From Bacillota bacterium (lineage in GTDB: Bacteria > Bacillota > DTU025): 64,000 nucleotides of DNA. Where the stretch lies: NCBI GenBank assembly GCA_050951805.1, contig JBMNJT010000002.1, forward strand, positions 960,001 through 1,024,000, written 5' to 3'. A program made the position numbers and the translations under genes. The notes under the pieces were generated by a model. That model was not told the origin of the DNA. It did not search any database and was given only the letters and a program-made list of their open reading frames with translations. Shown one piece after another: positions 1 to 10,605 of this stretch (its first letter is position 1; each line of letters begins with the position of its first letter).

Positions 1-2
1 AT

Positions 3-524
3 GACGAGAATGATGTCGTCATATTCCTAGGGAGCTTTTCGAAGTTCATCTCGCCGGGACTTCGCGTGGGATATGCGATATCGCCCCCGGAGATTCACGA
101 GAAATTGGCTCAGGGCAAGCAGACAACTGATTTCCACACTTCAAACCTGTCTCAGAGGATGATCTACGAGTTCTGTACTCGCGGGTATCTCGAGCCGCAT
201 CTGAAGTCGATCAGAAAGGATTACGCAATCAGGCGCGACGCAGCGCTGGAGGCCCTCGAAAAGCATTTCCCTGAGGGGACTCGATGGACGCATCCACAAG
301 GTGGCCTTTTCATTTGGGTTGTGCTTCCTGAGCATATTGATACCACTGAACTGCTGCCGAAGGCGGCTGCGAAGAACGTAGCCTACATACCTGGAGTGCC
401 ATTTTATGCAGACGGTGGTGGGAAGAACGCCATGCGTCTCAACTTCAGCAATGCAAGCTTGGAGCAGCTTGATGTGGGAATCAAGTGCCTTGGTGAGGTT
501 ATTTCAGAAGCAATGAAGGCGTAA
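3..524 (+). CDS. PLP-dependent aminotransferase class I/II (5'-truncated by window)
   Basis: Frame open from base 3: DENDVVIFLGSFSKFISPGLRVG (PLP-lysine motif); C-terminal PQGGLFIWV and MRLNFS motifs. Confidence 0.9.
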   Translation, partial: DENDVVIFLGSFSKFISPGLRVGYAISPPEIHEKLAQGKQTTDFHTSNLSQRMIYEFCTRGYLEPHLKSIRKDYAIRRDAALEALEKHFPEGTRWTHPQGGLFIWVVLPEHIDTTELLPKAAAKNVAYIPGVPFYADGGGKNAMRLNFSNASLEQLDVGIKCLGEVISEAMKA

Positions 525-633
525 AACGCTGCTGAGGGAAAGACTAGATCTTGAAGAGCTATGGACCCGGGTGCGCCCGCCCGCCGGACGGGATGTGTCC
601 GGGTCCTTTGCAATTAGGCGGAGGTGTATTGCT

Positions 634-2211
634 TTGGCGGAATTCTCGCCAGAGAAAGCATATTCGGCGGTCAAACCCTCGGAATTTGCGCGTCAGCGGT
701 GGTTTCGCCATAAACTGTCACATGTGACCGATTTTGAGATTCTCGATTGCGCCGAATTTGAGTCCGGTGTAACTGCCGATCAATGCCTGGTTCTTGGAAT
801 CTTGCGTTTTGAAGGAGCAGGCGACTATTTTGTTCCCGTGGTCGCAGAAAGTCTCCTGCCGGGTTCTGGAGAAAAGTGCCCTAAGGCTTATGGCGTAATT
901 GAGGATGGATCCTCGGGAAAGAAAGCTGTTGTTTGCGACGGAGCTTTTCATCCCATGTATGTCAACACAGTACTGGATCTCATAGAATCAGACGCCACTA
1001 TCCCAGCTGTGAAAGGGCAGTTTCGATTCAGAAAAATCGTCAGCAGCCGGGCCGAGCGAGGCTGGGAGATAAGCCAAGTAGGAGACGCCTATACCAACAG
1101 CGTGGTTATTGTCCAGCGCCGAAGCGCGCTCAAGACGTTCAGGGTCATGACTCCGGGGATCAATCCAGATGTGGAAGTCGGGATTGCCCTTGCAACCGAA
1201 ACGGATTTTCGTGAGACACCCCGGGTCCAAGGGGAAGTCTCCTACGTGGATAGCTGTGGCGTGGAGTATTCTGTGGCCGTGCAGACAGAGGAAGTCCCGA
1301 ACATAGGGGATGCTTGGGAGCTTGTTGAGATTGCTCTGACTGAAGCGATGAAGTTGGTTGCGCATGGACTAAAAGAGGGAGATGCCAAGTTCTCGGATTT
1401 CGACGGGATTCTGTCGGCGGATGCATCGAGGCGTCTTGGCGCAACTATTGGCAGGTTTCATCAGGCTATGGCTTCAATAGATGCTCCGGGCTTTGGCGTG
1501 CGGCGCGCGGGACCAGGCGATATCGATATGTGGAGACGAAATGCACGAGCGCGCGCGTGTGGGGCTTTGGCTGATATTAGACACGCCTTGGACTGTGGTT
1601 TGTTGGCGGACGATGCTGATGCGGCTTATGCGGCAGAGCGTGTGCTGGCGGCTGAAGAATCGATACTCGAGGCAGCGGAAAGGATGCTATGGGGACTCGC
1701 GCCTGATCTGAACGGGGCCGGAATGGTCATTAGATGCCATGGTGACCTTCATCTTGGGCAGATTCTTGTGCGGCCGGATGGGTCTTATGCTATCCTCGAT
1801 TTTGAGGGCGAACCCATGGCTTCGCTGGAAGAGAGGCGCGCCTTGCACAGCCCGGCCCGGGATGTGGCCGGCATGCTAAGGTCGTACAGCTATGCAGCGA
1901 ATGCTGCTATGGCAGCTGCCCGGGCGAATTGCGAAGCGGAATGCCTGTGCAAGCTAGAGAGTCTCGTTAATGAATGGGAGAGCCGTGCGAGGACCGCATT
2001 TCTTGAGGGATACTTCGGTGAGGCGTGTTCTGGGGTTGGCAATTTGCTTCCAGGGGATTTTCGCGCACGATGTGCCTTAGTATCCTATTTCGAATTGGAC
2101 AAGGCCATGTATGAGGCTGGGTATGAGCTGAACAACAGGCCTGATTGGGTCGTGATACCCCTCAAAGGTATTCTCCAGATCATGGAAAGACGGGGAGGCA
2201 ACACAAGATGA
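634..2211 (+). CDS. mak: Maltokinase (Mak/Pep2-type, APH kinase fold)
   Basis: Motifs INPDVEVG, IRCHGDLHLGQIL, ILDFEGEP, SPARDVAGMLRSY, YELNNRPDWV; TTG start after GGAGG. Confidence 0.85.
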   Translation: MAEFSPEKAYSAVKPSEFARQRWFRHKLSHVTDFEILDCAEFESGVTADQCLVLGILRFEGAGDYFVPVVAESLLPGSGEKCPKAYGVIEDGSSGKKAVVCDGAFHPMYVNTVLDLIESDATIPAVKGQFRFRKIVSSRAERGWEISQVGDAYTNSVVIVQRRSALKTFRVMTPGINPDVEVGIALATETDFRETPRVQGEVSYVDSCGVEYSVAVQTEEVPNIGDAWELVEIALTEAMKLVAHGLKEGDAKFSDFDGILSADASRRLGATIGRFHQAMASIDAPGFGVRRAGPGDIDMWRRNARARACGALADIRHALDCGLLADDADAAYAAERVLAAEESILEAAERMLWGLAPDLNGAGMVIRCHGDLHLGQILVRPDGSYAILDFEGEPMASLEERRALHSPARDVAGMLRSYSYAANAAMAAARANCEAECLCKLESLVNEWESRARTAFLEGYFGEACSGVGNLLPGDFRARCALVSYFELDKAMYEAGYELNNRPDWVVIPLKGILQIMERRGGNTR

Positions 2212-3374
2212 AGAGCGTCAACTCGCTTGGGGTTACGATGATGACGCGTGAGTTTCCGCCGAACATATACGGTGGGGCAGGAGTCCACGTCGACTATCTT
2301 TCGACGCATCTTGCAGACCTCATGAATGTGGAGGTGAGGTGCTTCGGCGAGGGGGCTCAGACGGAAGATGCGATACGGATTCGCAGTTACAGCCCCTGGC
2401 TGGAGATGTCCAAAGGATCCGATCCGAAGCTGCAAAAGGTGTTGGATCCGCTTTCAGTCGATCTGGCAATGGTAAAGGACCCCATTGAGACAGAGATAGT
2501 CCATTGCCATACGTGGTACACGTTTTTTGCGGGTTATCTTGCAAAGACGATGTATGGCTCGAAGCTCGTTACTACAGTGCATTCCCTTGAGCCGCTCCGC
2601 CCATGGAAAGAGGAGCAATTGGGCAGAGGATATTCTGTCAGCTCGTGGATGGAGAGGATCGGGATAGAAAACTCCGATTGCGTTATTGCAGTCTCAAAAG
2701 AAATGCGTCAGGACGTGATTGAGCACTACGACGTGGAACCTGAGAAGGTTGTTGTGATACACAACGGGATTGACCTTAGCGGCTATCGGCGGACCGACGA
2801 TACTAGCGCTCTGGAGCAGTATGGGATAGAGGAACCTTACGTGCTCTTCGTTGGAAGAATATCGAGGCAGAAAGGGATTATGTATCTGCTTGACGCTGCG
2901 CCGATGATAAGGCCGGGAGTGAAACTCGTGCTGATTGCGGGCACTCCTGACACAAAAGAAATAGAAGAGGAGCTTGCTGCGCGCGTAAAAGATCTTCCAA
3001 ATGTTGTATGGATCAACAGGATGCTCCCGCGTGAACACGTAATTCAACTCTATAGCCACGCGTCAGTATTTGCATGCCCGTCTGTGTACGAGCCTTTCGG
3101 GATTATAAACCTGGAAGCCATGGCATGTGAGATTCCTGTCGTAGCATCAGCAGTAGGTGGAATCCCCGAAGTGGTTGTAGACGGGGAAACTGGTTTCCTT
3201 GTTCCTCCGGGAGATCCTGAGAGCCTCGCGTCGGCAATAAACCGTGTCATCGATTCTGAAAAACTCCACACTCAATTTGGCAAGGCTGGAAGGCGCCGCG
3301 TTGAGCGCTTCTTCTCTTGGGAAGCAATTGCAGAGAAGACGAAGGATATGTACCTGGAAATCCTGAGCGAGTGA
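2208..3374 (+). CDS. glgM: GT4 glycosyltransferase, actinobacterial GlgA/GlgM type (alpha-maltose-1-phosphate synthase)
   Basis: MTREFPPNIYGGAGVHVDYL, HCHTWY, TVHSLEPLRPWKEEQLG, CPSVYEPFGIINLEAMAC; ATGA overlap with upstream stop. Confidence 0.85.
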   Translation: MKSVNSLGVTMMTREFPPNIYGGAGVHVDYLSTHLADLMNVEVRCFGEGAQTEDAIRIRSYSPWLEMSKGSDPKLQKVLDPLSVDLAMVKDPIETEIVHCHTWYTFFAGYLAKTMYGSKLVTTVHSLEPLRPWKEEQLGRGYSVSSWMERIGIENSDCVIAVSKEMRQDVIEHYDVEPEKVVVIHNGIDLSGYRRTDDTSALEQYGIEEPYVLFVGRISRQKGIMYLLDAAPMIRPGVKLVLIAGTPDTKEIEEELAARVKDLPNVVWINRMLPREHVIQLYSHASVFACPSVYEPFGIINLEAMACEIPVVASAVGGIPEVVVDGETGFLVPPGDPESLASAINRVIDSEKLHTQFGKAGRRRVERFFSWEAIAEKTKDMYLEILSE

Positions 3375-3460
3375 AGCGCTGAGAGGGAGAAGAAAAACTG
3401 CTCAGCTCAGTCTAATTGAGGACCGGCTTTATTAAGAAGAATTGGCGCGGATGAAAAAGA

Positions 3461-3500
3461 AAAAAGCCTGGGTTATGTAATGGCCCAGGCTAGTTTTGTT
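3461..3500. terminator. Bidirectional intrinsic terminator between convergent glgM and XRE gene
   Basis: AAAAA-GCCTGGGTTA..TGGCCCAGGC-TAGTTTTGTT. Confidence 0.6.
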
Positions 3501-3523
3501 GTGGACAATATGTGGGAAAACCA

Positions 3524-3913
3524 TCAACGGCTAGGGTTGCTGTGGTCTCTGGTCTGGGGCTTAGTGCTAGAAGGCATTCCAACCTCATCCTCGAGCAAGA
3601 TTTCCGAGATTCTCCTGATCTTGTCGATCTGGTATGGAGGCTTATTTGCTATCGTGTCAATGAGGCGCTGGATTGCCAATTCCTCTTCAGTTTCGGGCGA
3701 TTCGAAAAAAGATCTGATGTTTACATCCAGACCGTCAGCAATGGAATACAGAGCATTGAGTGACGGACTTTTTTCACCCCGTTCAATCTGTCCGATGTAG
3801 CTAGGGTTCATGCAGCACTTCTCGGACAATTCCTCCTGCGACATGCCCTGCCGAAGCCTTGCTTCCCGTATTCGTTTTCCTACGTTTATCAATCGTTCGT
3901 TCAATTTATCCAT
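3524..3913 (-). CDS. XRE-family HTH transcriptional regulator
   Basis: VGKRIREARLRQGMSQEELSEKCCMNPSYIGQIERGEKSPSLNALYSIADGLDV (HTH_3). Confidence 0.88.
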   Translation of the reverse strand: MDKLNERLINVGKRIREARLRQGMSQEELSEKCCMNPSYIGQIERGEKSPSLNALYSIADGLDVNIRSFFESPETEEELAIQRLIDTIANKPPYQIDKIRRISEILLEDEVGMPSSTKPQTRDHSNPSR

Positions 3914-4152
3914 TCCCCATGATGATGGTAACTCGGACAAGAATCTGGCGGAAGCAGCTGGCAGCACATATTGCTGGCAAAAAAAGTGCCACAGGCACCT
4001 ACGGCCTGCTTGAAGCGATATGACAGAACTAGTAAGGAAAGGGCTAAAATCACTCCAAATATCATACATGGGTATTAGGAAGGAGGCGATACAAGATTAT
4101 ATTGCCTTGTGATAGGATCAGCATGAAAGAATTGGAGACGGGAGGAATTCAA

Positions 4153-4563
4153 GTGCCTGGGCAGTCCGAGTTTGAAAAGATAATCAGTGCGGCATCACTT
4201 CAAGTAGAGAGCATTAGTGATAATGTCTACTTTGGCGAAGGCCATGACTGGAAGGAGATTGTACGCCAATTGCAGGAGGTGGCAGGGAACCTTGACATAG
4301 TTTTGTACGGTCGCAACGTGCCTTGGAGCTTCTACAAGCGTGCACAGGAACTGCGGGCAGAGATCTCCTACGCGATCAACATAGCTAACCAGCGCGAGCG
4401 CTATGATAAGATCCTGGAACTTGAGGAGGTGCTCAGGTCGGAAACGTCCGATGCAGGGTGGCGTGCTTATCTCAGCATAGATGTGCTCTCTTTGGATCCG
4501 ATTGTTTGGGAGCCAGTGTGCATGGCGACGTGTTGCTTCCAAAGAAGGCACAGTCTTATGTGA
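4153..4563 (+). CDS. Hypothetical protein
   Basis: GTG start 7 nt after GGAGG; helical, protein-like composition; no family recognised. Confidence 0.55.
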   Translation: MPGQSEFEKIISAASLQVESISDNVYFGEGHDWKEIVRQLQEVAGNLDIVLYGRNVPWSFYKRAQELRAEISYAINIANQRERYDKILELEEVLRSETSDAGWRAYLSIDVLSLDPIVWEPVCMATCCFQRRHSLM

Positions 4564-4879
4564 ACTGTCGAATACAACTGCCGGATGACCGCTGCATAAC
4601 CATGGCCGAAGGCAAGCCATGTCTGAGATGCGCAAGTCCAGTCAGATCTGCTTATGTGTAATCAACGTCAGACTGAAACTGAAATCCCGCTTCAGCGATG
4701 CCCACCGGTGTTTCCGGCGAGGTTTTTCCGAGCTTGGTATCGATGATCATGACCGTGAACAAGGCCGCTTCGATCTGCAACTGGCACTTCCGAGTATGCA
4801 CAAATCCCCTGAGCCAGGTGTTCATTCTCGCGTTGCTTGCCTATGGCTTGTTTAGCCTGGCGGGCAAGATCTAGCTTTG

Positions 4880-5953
4880 TCAGTTGTTGAGCACTTCTAG
4901 CAGTTCATATAGTATCGGCCCGCCTGGGGCCGCCACTTGCACTGTGGAGCCGCGAGGTTGTCCGATTATTGCACGTCCTACTGGTGATTCGCTAGAGAGG
5001 AACCCCTTCTTGGCTGACGCTTGTTCAGGCGCAACGATGAAGTATTCCATGTCCAATCCGAGCTCGACATCGCGTATTCTTACTGTTGAGCCTATGCGCG
5101 TTACGAGGTCAGATTCGACGCCAGCTCCGCAACGGGGCGGGTAAAGGGCGGAGACCATCTGAGCCATTGCGCGCGCGTGTTTTTCCGATCCAGGACCGGA
5201 AAAAAGCAAGCCCACATCAGAGCCTCTAGAGCATTCGAAATTAGCTATCGTTTCCAAAATGGCTTCCCAATTACGAGAAGCTACACGACCAGCTGCTGCG
5301 CCAGACTGTGGAAGCGCAAGGTAGACAAAGATCTCGCCTCCTCCGTTTTCGTTATAGCATACTGTTAGTGCCCGCATTATTTGACGTTCTGCCTTGATCA
5401 TATTGTCCAAGGTGATCGCCACTATGGGCAGCATTATATAGTGTCTCGATTTCCTGACGATTCTGGCAGCTGCTTGCACTCCTGATTGGTCAGCGAAGTC
5501 AACGACCAGCCCGACTTTTGCAGCTCCGGATTCTCCGGTGGGAACTGGGGCTTTTCCAATAAGAGAAGCATGGGATGGCTTGAACTGCAATGTGACAAGA
5601 GCGCCGCCGAACAGGCGTATTAGGTGTCTGGCGTATGTTAGGGTAGCAGCTGTGCACGGACTGGACTCCGCTGCCCGAGGATCGACTCCGTCAGTGAACC
5701 TGACACGTACGAGAACATCCACGGGCGAAGGATTTCTCTTGGGTTCTGCGCGAACTGGCTCTGTGCACGCAGAGAGAAACTGATTGCGCCAATCTCCTTT
5801 GCCAAACACGAGGGTGGCTGGCACTTCCAAACACCCAAGCTCCATCTCGGAGCAGGCCGATACATATCGTTGCATCCGCTCTAGTGGCGTTGACCCGAAA
5901 GGCGCCCGCATTTCTCTGGGCGGCGCCGGCCTTCCTGAAAACCCAACTTTCAT
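4880..5953 (-). CDS. Protein with C-terminal GreA/GreB domain fused to an unrecognised ~280-aa N-terminal domain
   Basis: C-term IGSTVRIRD..YFIVAPEQASAKKGFLSSESPVGRAIIG..GSTVQVAAPGG matches GreA_GreB C-domain; GGAGG RBS. Confidence 0.75.
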   Translation of the reverse strand: MKVGFSGRPAPPREMRAPFGSTPLERMQRYVSACSEMELGCLEVPATLVFGKGDWRNQFLSACTEPVRAEPKRNPSPVDVLVRVRFTDGVDPRAAESSPCTAATLTYARHLIRLFGGALVTLQFKPSHASLIGKAPVPTGESGAAKVGLVVDFADQSGVQAAARIVRKSRHYIMLPIVAITLDNMIKAERQIMRALTVCYNENGGGEIFVYLALPQSGAAAGRVASRNWEAILETIANFECSRGSDVGLLFSGPGSEKHARAMAQMVSALYPPRCGAGVESDLVTRIGSTVRIRDVELGLDMEYFIVAPEQASAKKGFLSSESPVGRAIIGQPRGSTVQVAAPGGPILYELLEVLNN

Positions 5954-6109
5954 TTTTGTCGCCTCCTTTAGCCTATGATGTCCAGCTGAAATGAGAAATA
6001 GTCATTTGAATCGCACAGTTTTGTATCTGTGGTTCCACGATTGCCAAGCGTCCAGAAGCGATTGATCGTGGGTGCAGAGGATTATGCCGAAAAGAGTAGA
6101 AAAAAGTGA

Positions 6110-8095
6110 TTGAGGACGTTCACAGAGGGGGCTGTGCGATTGCGTTGCATCGAGAGGCGCTTGAGGGTGTTGATCATCATGCTCACAGCGTTCGTCTGTT
6201 TTTCAGGATCTGCGTTAGCCGACAATCCATGGGTCCTTCGAATTGCGCAAGGCAATGGCTTTGTCGAAATAGCGGACGGCATAGTCTGCGTTGACAACGG
6301 ACCATTCGTGCTCATGCGTTCTCTCGCCGCGGGCCTTGGAGGAGATCTAACCTGGATAGAATCGACAAAAGAATCGGTGTTTACTACGGACAGAACTGTT
6401 GCGGTGATAAAGGCGGGACAAAGGACTGCTTACATCAACGGGCAGGAAGTTGAGCTCTCGTCGCTGCCTGACCTGTCCACCGGGCGAATAGCGATAAGCG
6501 TCAAGGACCTAGCGTTGCTCGGCTTGAAAGCAGGCGTCGATTTCGATCTCGGGACGGTCACAGTTGCCTACCAGAGAACTTCTGTTTCATCCGCTTCGTT
6601 TTCGGTGGAAGATGGAAGAGTGACGATCATTGTCGAGGCGGACGGCGGTTTTGAATGCTCTGACTTCATTCTGCGTCAACCGGATCGGGTGGTAGTGGAC
6701 ATACATGATGCTGTGCTGTCCCCGTCCTTTCAGGGGTTCGATGTGTCCTACGGTGCAGTGCAGCGCGTAAGAGCCGCCATGAACAGGCCTGGGGTTGTCC
6801 GAGTGGTCGTGGATCTCAATGCTCCATTGGGATACACCATATCGTATGAGCCCGGAATGCCGTCCCGATTGGCCATTCGCTTCAACACGCTCGTCGGGGA
6901 GATCCGACTCGACCAAGATACGAGCATTCCCAGGTTGCGAGTGAAGGGCGACGCTCCAATAGAGCACGGTTCTCCTGTGGATGACGGGGGCGGTTGTTGG
7001 CACATTGACATGAAAGGCACAACGGCGGCAGGTGGGATCACCGCTCTTCGGGACGAGATCGGCCCTGTTAACTGGGTTAAAGCATCTCAGCCGGAGCCAA
7101 CCACGGCAAGACTCGAATTCGGTTTGAAGAAGGGATACTCCCCAATTGTTCGTTCACCTGAATCCAATGCCAACGAGCTACTGATCGATTTCGCCATCAC
7201 TGTATCGAAAATGGATGTGTTTGAGGAACCTGGGTGCACAGTGATCCAGATTGTGACCTCGGGGCCCGTGGAGTTCAAGACTTTTAGGCTCAGGAGTCCG
7301 GAACGTATTGGGGTTGATCTTCCGGGTGTGTGGGCAGGGGGATATGGTTCGCTGCCGGTGGAATCCGCTGGGGTGGAGAAAATCAGATTTGCTCAGTTTA
7401 CTGCTGACGTAGGCAGAATTGTGTTGGACCTGCAGCCCGAGGCGACTCGGTGGGCGCATTCAGTCGAGATCTCGGCCGACAGGACGACGGCCACTATCAG
7501 AGTGGGGAGCTCACCCATTTATGGACGGACTGTCATGCTGGATCCGGGCCATGGTGGATCAGATCCGGGCACAGTCCATGACGGCCTCTATGAGAAGGAG
7601 ATCAACCTTGACATTGCGCTCCGTGCGAGAGACCTATTGGTGAAAGCCGGGGCCACTGTGGTTATGACGCGCGAAGATGACTCTACAGTTCCCCTTGGCG
7701 ACAGGCCCCGCATGGCCAATGAGGTGAAGCCTGACGCATTTTTATCGATCCATTGTAACTCGGTGCTCAATGTTTTTCCGTGCGGAACTGAGACCTACTA
7801 CTATAATATGGTTGATTACAGCCAGGAGCTAGCCACACAGATTCACTATTGCTTGCTTAAAGAGATCATGCTGGTTGACAGAAAGGTTCGCCGCAAGGAC
7901 TATTACGTTCTCAAGGAGACACAGGTGCCAGCTGTGCTGGTGGAAGTGGGATATATGTCTACAAGTGAGGAAAACGAGAAGCTCCGTCAGCCTGAATTCA
8001 GGCAGAAGGCTGCTCAGGGGTTGGTAAATGGGCTCGCTGCTTACTTCGACAGTGACGTCTACGCTCGGTGGCGGACTGAAGTTAGGGCCAAGTGA
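6110..8095 (+). CDS. N-acetylmuramoyl-L-alanine amidase (signal peptide, stalk-like domain, AMIN repeats, Amidase_3)
   Basis: AMIN-like LRQPDRVVVDI and LRSPERIGVDL; catalytic DPGHGG, EKEINL, SIHCNS, LVEVGY. Confidence 0.9.
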   Translation: MRTFTEGAVRLRCIERRLRVLIIMLTAFVCFSGSALADNPWVLRIAQGNGFVEIADGIVCVDNGPFVLMRSLAAGLGGDLTWIESTKESVFTTDRTVAVIKAGQRTAYINGQEVELSSLPDLSTGRIAISVKDLALLGLKAGVDFDLGTVTVAYQRTSVSSASFSVEDGRVTIIVEADGGFECSDFILRQPDRVVVDIHDAVLSPSFQGFDVSYGAVQRVRAAMNRPGVVRVVVDLNAPLGYTISYEPGMPSRLAIRFNTLVGEIRLDQDTSIPRLRVKGDAPIEHGSPVDDGGGCWHIDMKGTTAAGGITALRDEIGPVNWVKASQPEPTTARLEFGLKKGYSPIVRSPESNANELLIDFAITVSKMDVFEEPGCTVIQIVTSGPVEFKTFRLRSPERIGVDLPGVWAGGYGSLPVESAGVEKIRFAQFTADVGRIVLDLQPEATRWAHSVEISADRTTATIRVGSSPIYGRTVMLDPGHGGSDPGTVHDGLYEKEINLDIALRARDLLVKAGATVVMTREDDSTVPLGDRPRMANEVKPDAFLSIHCNSVLNVFPCGTETYYYNMVDYSQELATQIHYCLLKEIMLVDRKVRRKDYYVLKETQVPAVLVEVGYMSTSEENEKLRQPEFRQKAAQGLVNGLAAYFDSDVYARWRTEVRAK

Positions 8096-8148
8096 GGGTC
8101 TGGTGGATGACGTTGTAACTCTTTGCGCGGCAGGAGTATAATAATCAC

Positions 8149-9000
8149 ATGCAGTACAGAAGTGTAGGCGTTTTTGATTCAGGAGTGGGCGGTCTCACCG
8201 TCGCCAGGGCTATTATGGAGGTCATGCCCGGCCAGGACATAGTCTATTATGGGGATACTGCGCGGATGCCCTATGGGGATAAACCGCCCGAGGAGATAGT
8301 TCGCTATGCGCGGCAGATAATCTCGTTCTTGGTTGAACGCGGCGTCAGCGCTGTGGCAGTAGCATGTAATACGTCGTCTGCCATCGCTGTGCCAGTTATC
8401 GGGCGCGATTTTGATGTTCCCGTTGTGGGGATGATTCAATGTGGAGCAGCTGCAGCGGCAGAAGCCTCTCGATCGGGCCGCATAGGCGTTATCGCGACAG
8501 CAAACACCGTGCGGAGCGGGGCATATTCGCGGGCGATTGCTAACCTTCGCCCCGGCGCCAGTGTTTTGGAGCAGGCGTGTCCGATGCTCGTGCCCATGGT
8601 CGAGCGTGGAGAAGTCTCAGGTCCCCGTGTCAGAGAGGTTGTTGCAGGATACCTAGATCCGCTGTTGGAGGCGGGCATTGATACTATCGTCTACGGTTGC
8701 ACCCACTATCCATTTTTGGAAGATGAGATAAGGGCAGTGGCCGGTTCATCAGTTGCCCTGGTTGATCCGGCCATAAAGGTTGCGTCGGCTGTTAAGACAG
8801 CCATTGGGGAAGATGGGCAGATGGTAAAAATGCGTGGAGGATTGCCTTCGTTTGTGACCAGTGGCGATCCGTGTGCCTTTTCCCAACTAGTTCGCTCTCT
8901 GCTCGGTTGGAACGTGCAAGAAGTGTGGCATGTGGATCTTGACGCGGCTGAGGCCAGCGCTGGAAAATGCAGTTTGCCTGGGCGAGCAGATCTAGAGTAG
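8149..9000 (+). CDS. murI: Glutamate racemase
   Basis: VGVFDSGVGGLTV, ACNTSS, GCTHYP. Confidence 0.96.
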   Translation: MQYRSVGVFDSGVGGLTVARAIMEVMPGQDIVYYGDTARMPYGDKPPEEIVRYARQIISFLVERGVSAVAVACNTSSAIAVPVIGRDFDVPVVGMIQCGAAAAAEASRSGRIGVIATANTVRSGAYSRAIANLRPGASVLEQACPMLVPMVERGEVSGPRVREVVAGYLDPLLEAGIDTIVYGCTHYPFLEDEIRAVAGSSVALVDPAIKVASAVKTAIGEDGQMVKMRGGLPSFVTSGDPCAFSQLVRSLLGWNVQEVWHVDLDAAEASAGKCSLPGRADLE

Positions 9001-9014
9001 AAACACCGGGAGGT

Positions 9015-9863
9015 ATGGAGTTGGGCAGGCTTGAACTGACAATCATCGGCAATCAGGGCCCATATCCGGGCCCCGGCGGGGCATGCTCGGGTTATCTTGT
9101 GAGATCCCAGGGCGCCACGGTCCTAATCGACTGCGGACCCGGGGTGATGCCCAGGCTCCAGCAGCATATCGATGTTTCAAGTCTGGATGCCGTTGTTATC
9201 AGCCATTTCCACCCCGATCATTACTCCGATTTTCTCACAATGCGATATGCGTTTCAGTACATTGAGTCAACCGGCCGGATGGGCTGTCCTGTGACCCTGG
9301 CGCTTCCTGCAGTAGATGCCGAGTGGTTCTTGCGGGAGATCATTGGGGAGGATTATAAGCCGCTCTTCCGCATCGTCCCCATAGAACATGGAAGCCGTCT
9401 GGAGATAGGCGGCAGAGTGCGCGGCGGGGATTGCGGGCTGGTCCTGGACTTTCGGTTGATGAGCCACGCCATCCCTAGCTTTGGGACGATCGTGTATGCA
9501 AGCCAACCTGAGCATGGGTCTCGGGCGCCGCTTGCCTACACGTCAGACACCGGACTCTGCGAGTCTTTGGAGGAAATGGCTGCGAGCTCGCATACACTAT
9601 TGGTTGAGGCATCTATGCAGGAAGGCGACGCACAGCGGAGTTCTGCAGGCCATCTTGCCGCTGCGGAAGCCGGCAGAATTGCTTCAGAACATGGAGTCGC
9701 CCGAGTGCTTCTCACGCATTTGCACCCCGCCAAGCTGCTCGAAAGATCGGTTTGCGAGGCAAGCGAAGCCTATGGCGGGCAGGTAGAGATTGCTGCCATG
9801 GGGAAGACTTATGCCTTAAGAGAGCAGCTTGCTGAGGAAATGGAGGATGAGAATGAGGTTTGA
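9015..9863 (+). CDS. MBL-fold metallo-hydrolase (RNase Z/BN-like)
   Basis: [33 protein letters not shown]; typical murI-MBL-rph context. Confidence 0.85.
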   Translation: MELGRLELTIIGNQGPYPGPGGACSGYLVRSQGATVLIDCGPGVMPRLQQHIDVSSLDAVVISHFHPDHYSDFLTMRYAFQYIESTGRMGCPVTLALPAVDAEWFLREIIGEDYKPLFRIVPIEHGSRLEIGGRVRGGDCGLVLDFRLMSHAIPSFGTIVYASQPEHGSRAPLAYTSDTGLCESLEEMAASSHTLLVEASMQEGDAQRSSAGHLAAAEAGRIASEHGVARVLLTHLHPAKLLERSVCEASEAYGGQVEIAAMGKTYALREQLAEEMEDENEV

Positions 9864-10605
9864 TGGAAGAACGCCGGAACAGATGCGTCCATTTAAGATA
9901 ACAAGGCATTACATAAAGCACGCGCCCGGCTCGGTTTTGGTGGAGATGGGCGATACACGGGTGCTGTGTGCCGCGACATATGAGGAGAGGCCGCCGATGC
10001 ATGTGAAGGGTTCGGGTCGCGGCTGGGTTACTGCGGAGTATGCGATGCTTCCGCGGGCGACGATTGACCGAACGCCAAGGGAGAGGAATACCGGAAGAAT
10101 TGCCGGGCGTACGCAGGAGATACAGAGGTTGATAGGGAGATCCCTGAGATCCGTGGTTGATATGGAGTCTTTGGGCGAATGCACCATTTGGATTGACTGC
10201 GATGTGATTCAGGCAGATGGCGGCACGAGGACGGCTTCTATCACTGGAGCCTATGTTGCCTTGGTGGACCTCCTGGACTCGATGGATCAGTGGAAAGGGA
10301 AGCCGCTCCCAGTATCCGATTTTCTGTCAGCCATAAGTGTCGGCATTGTGGATGGCCAGTTGATGCTCGACCTGTGCTATGTTGAGGACTCGCATGCTTC
10401 GGTCGACATGAACGTAGTAATGACCGAGGGAGGAAAGTTTGTAGAAGTTCAGGGGACAGCCGAAGGGGAGCCCTTCGCACGCGAGTCGCTCGACTCAATG
10501 CTGGAATTGGCTGAGAGTGGAATCCGCGAACTCTGTGCGCATCAACGCCGTGCACTGGGCGAGCTAGCCGAGAGAGTCGGCATCAATGGTGAGAACAACA
10601 GATGA
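9853..10605 (+). CDS. rph: Ribonuclease PH
   Basis: [48 protein letters not shown]. Confidence 0.97.
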   Translation: MRFDGRTPEQMRPFKITRHYIKHAPGSVLVEMGDTRVLCAATYEERPPMHVKGSGRGWVTAEYAMLPRATIDRTPRERNTGRIAGRTQEIQRLIGRSLRSVVDMESLGECTIWIDCDVIQADGGTRTASITGAYVALVDLLDSMDQWKGKPLPVSDFLSAISVGIVDGQLMLDLCYVEDSHASVDMNVVMTEGGKFVEVQGTAEGEPFARESLDSMLELAESGIRELCAHQRRALGELAERVGINGENNR

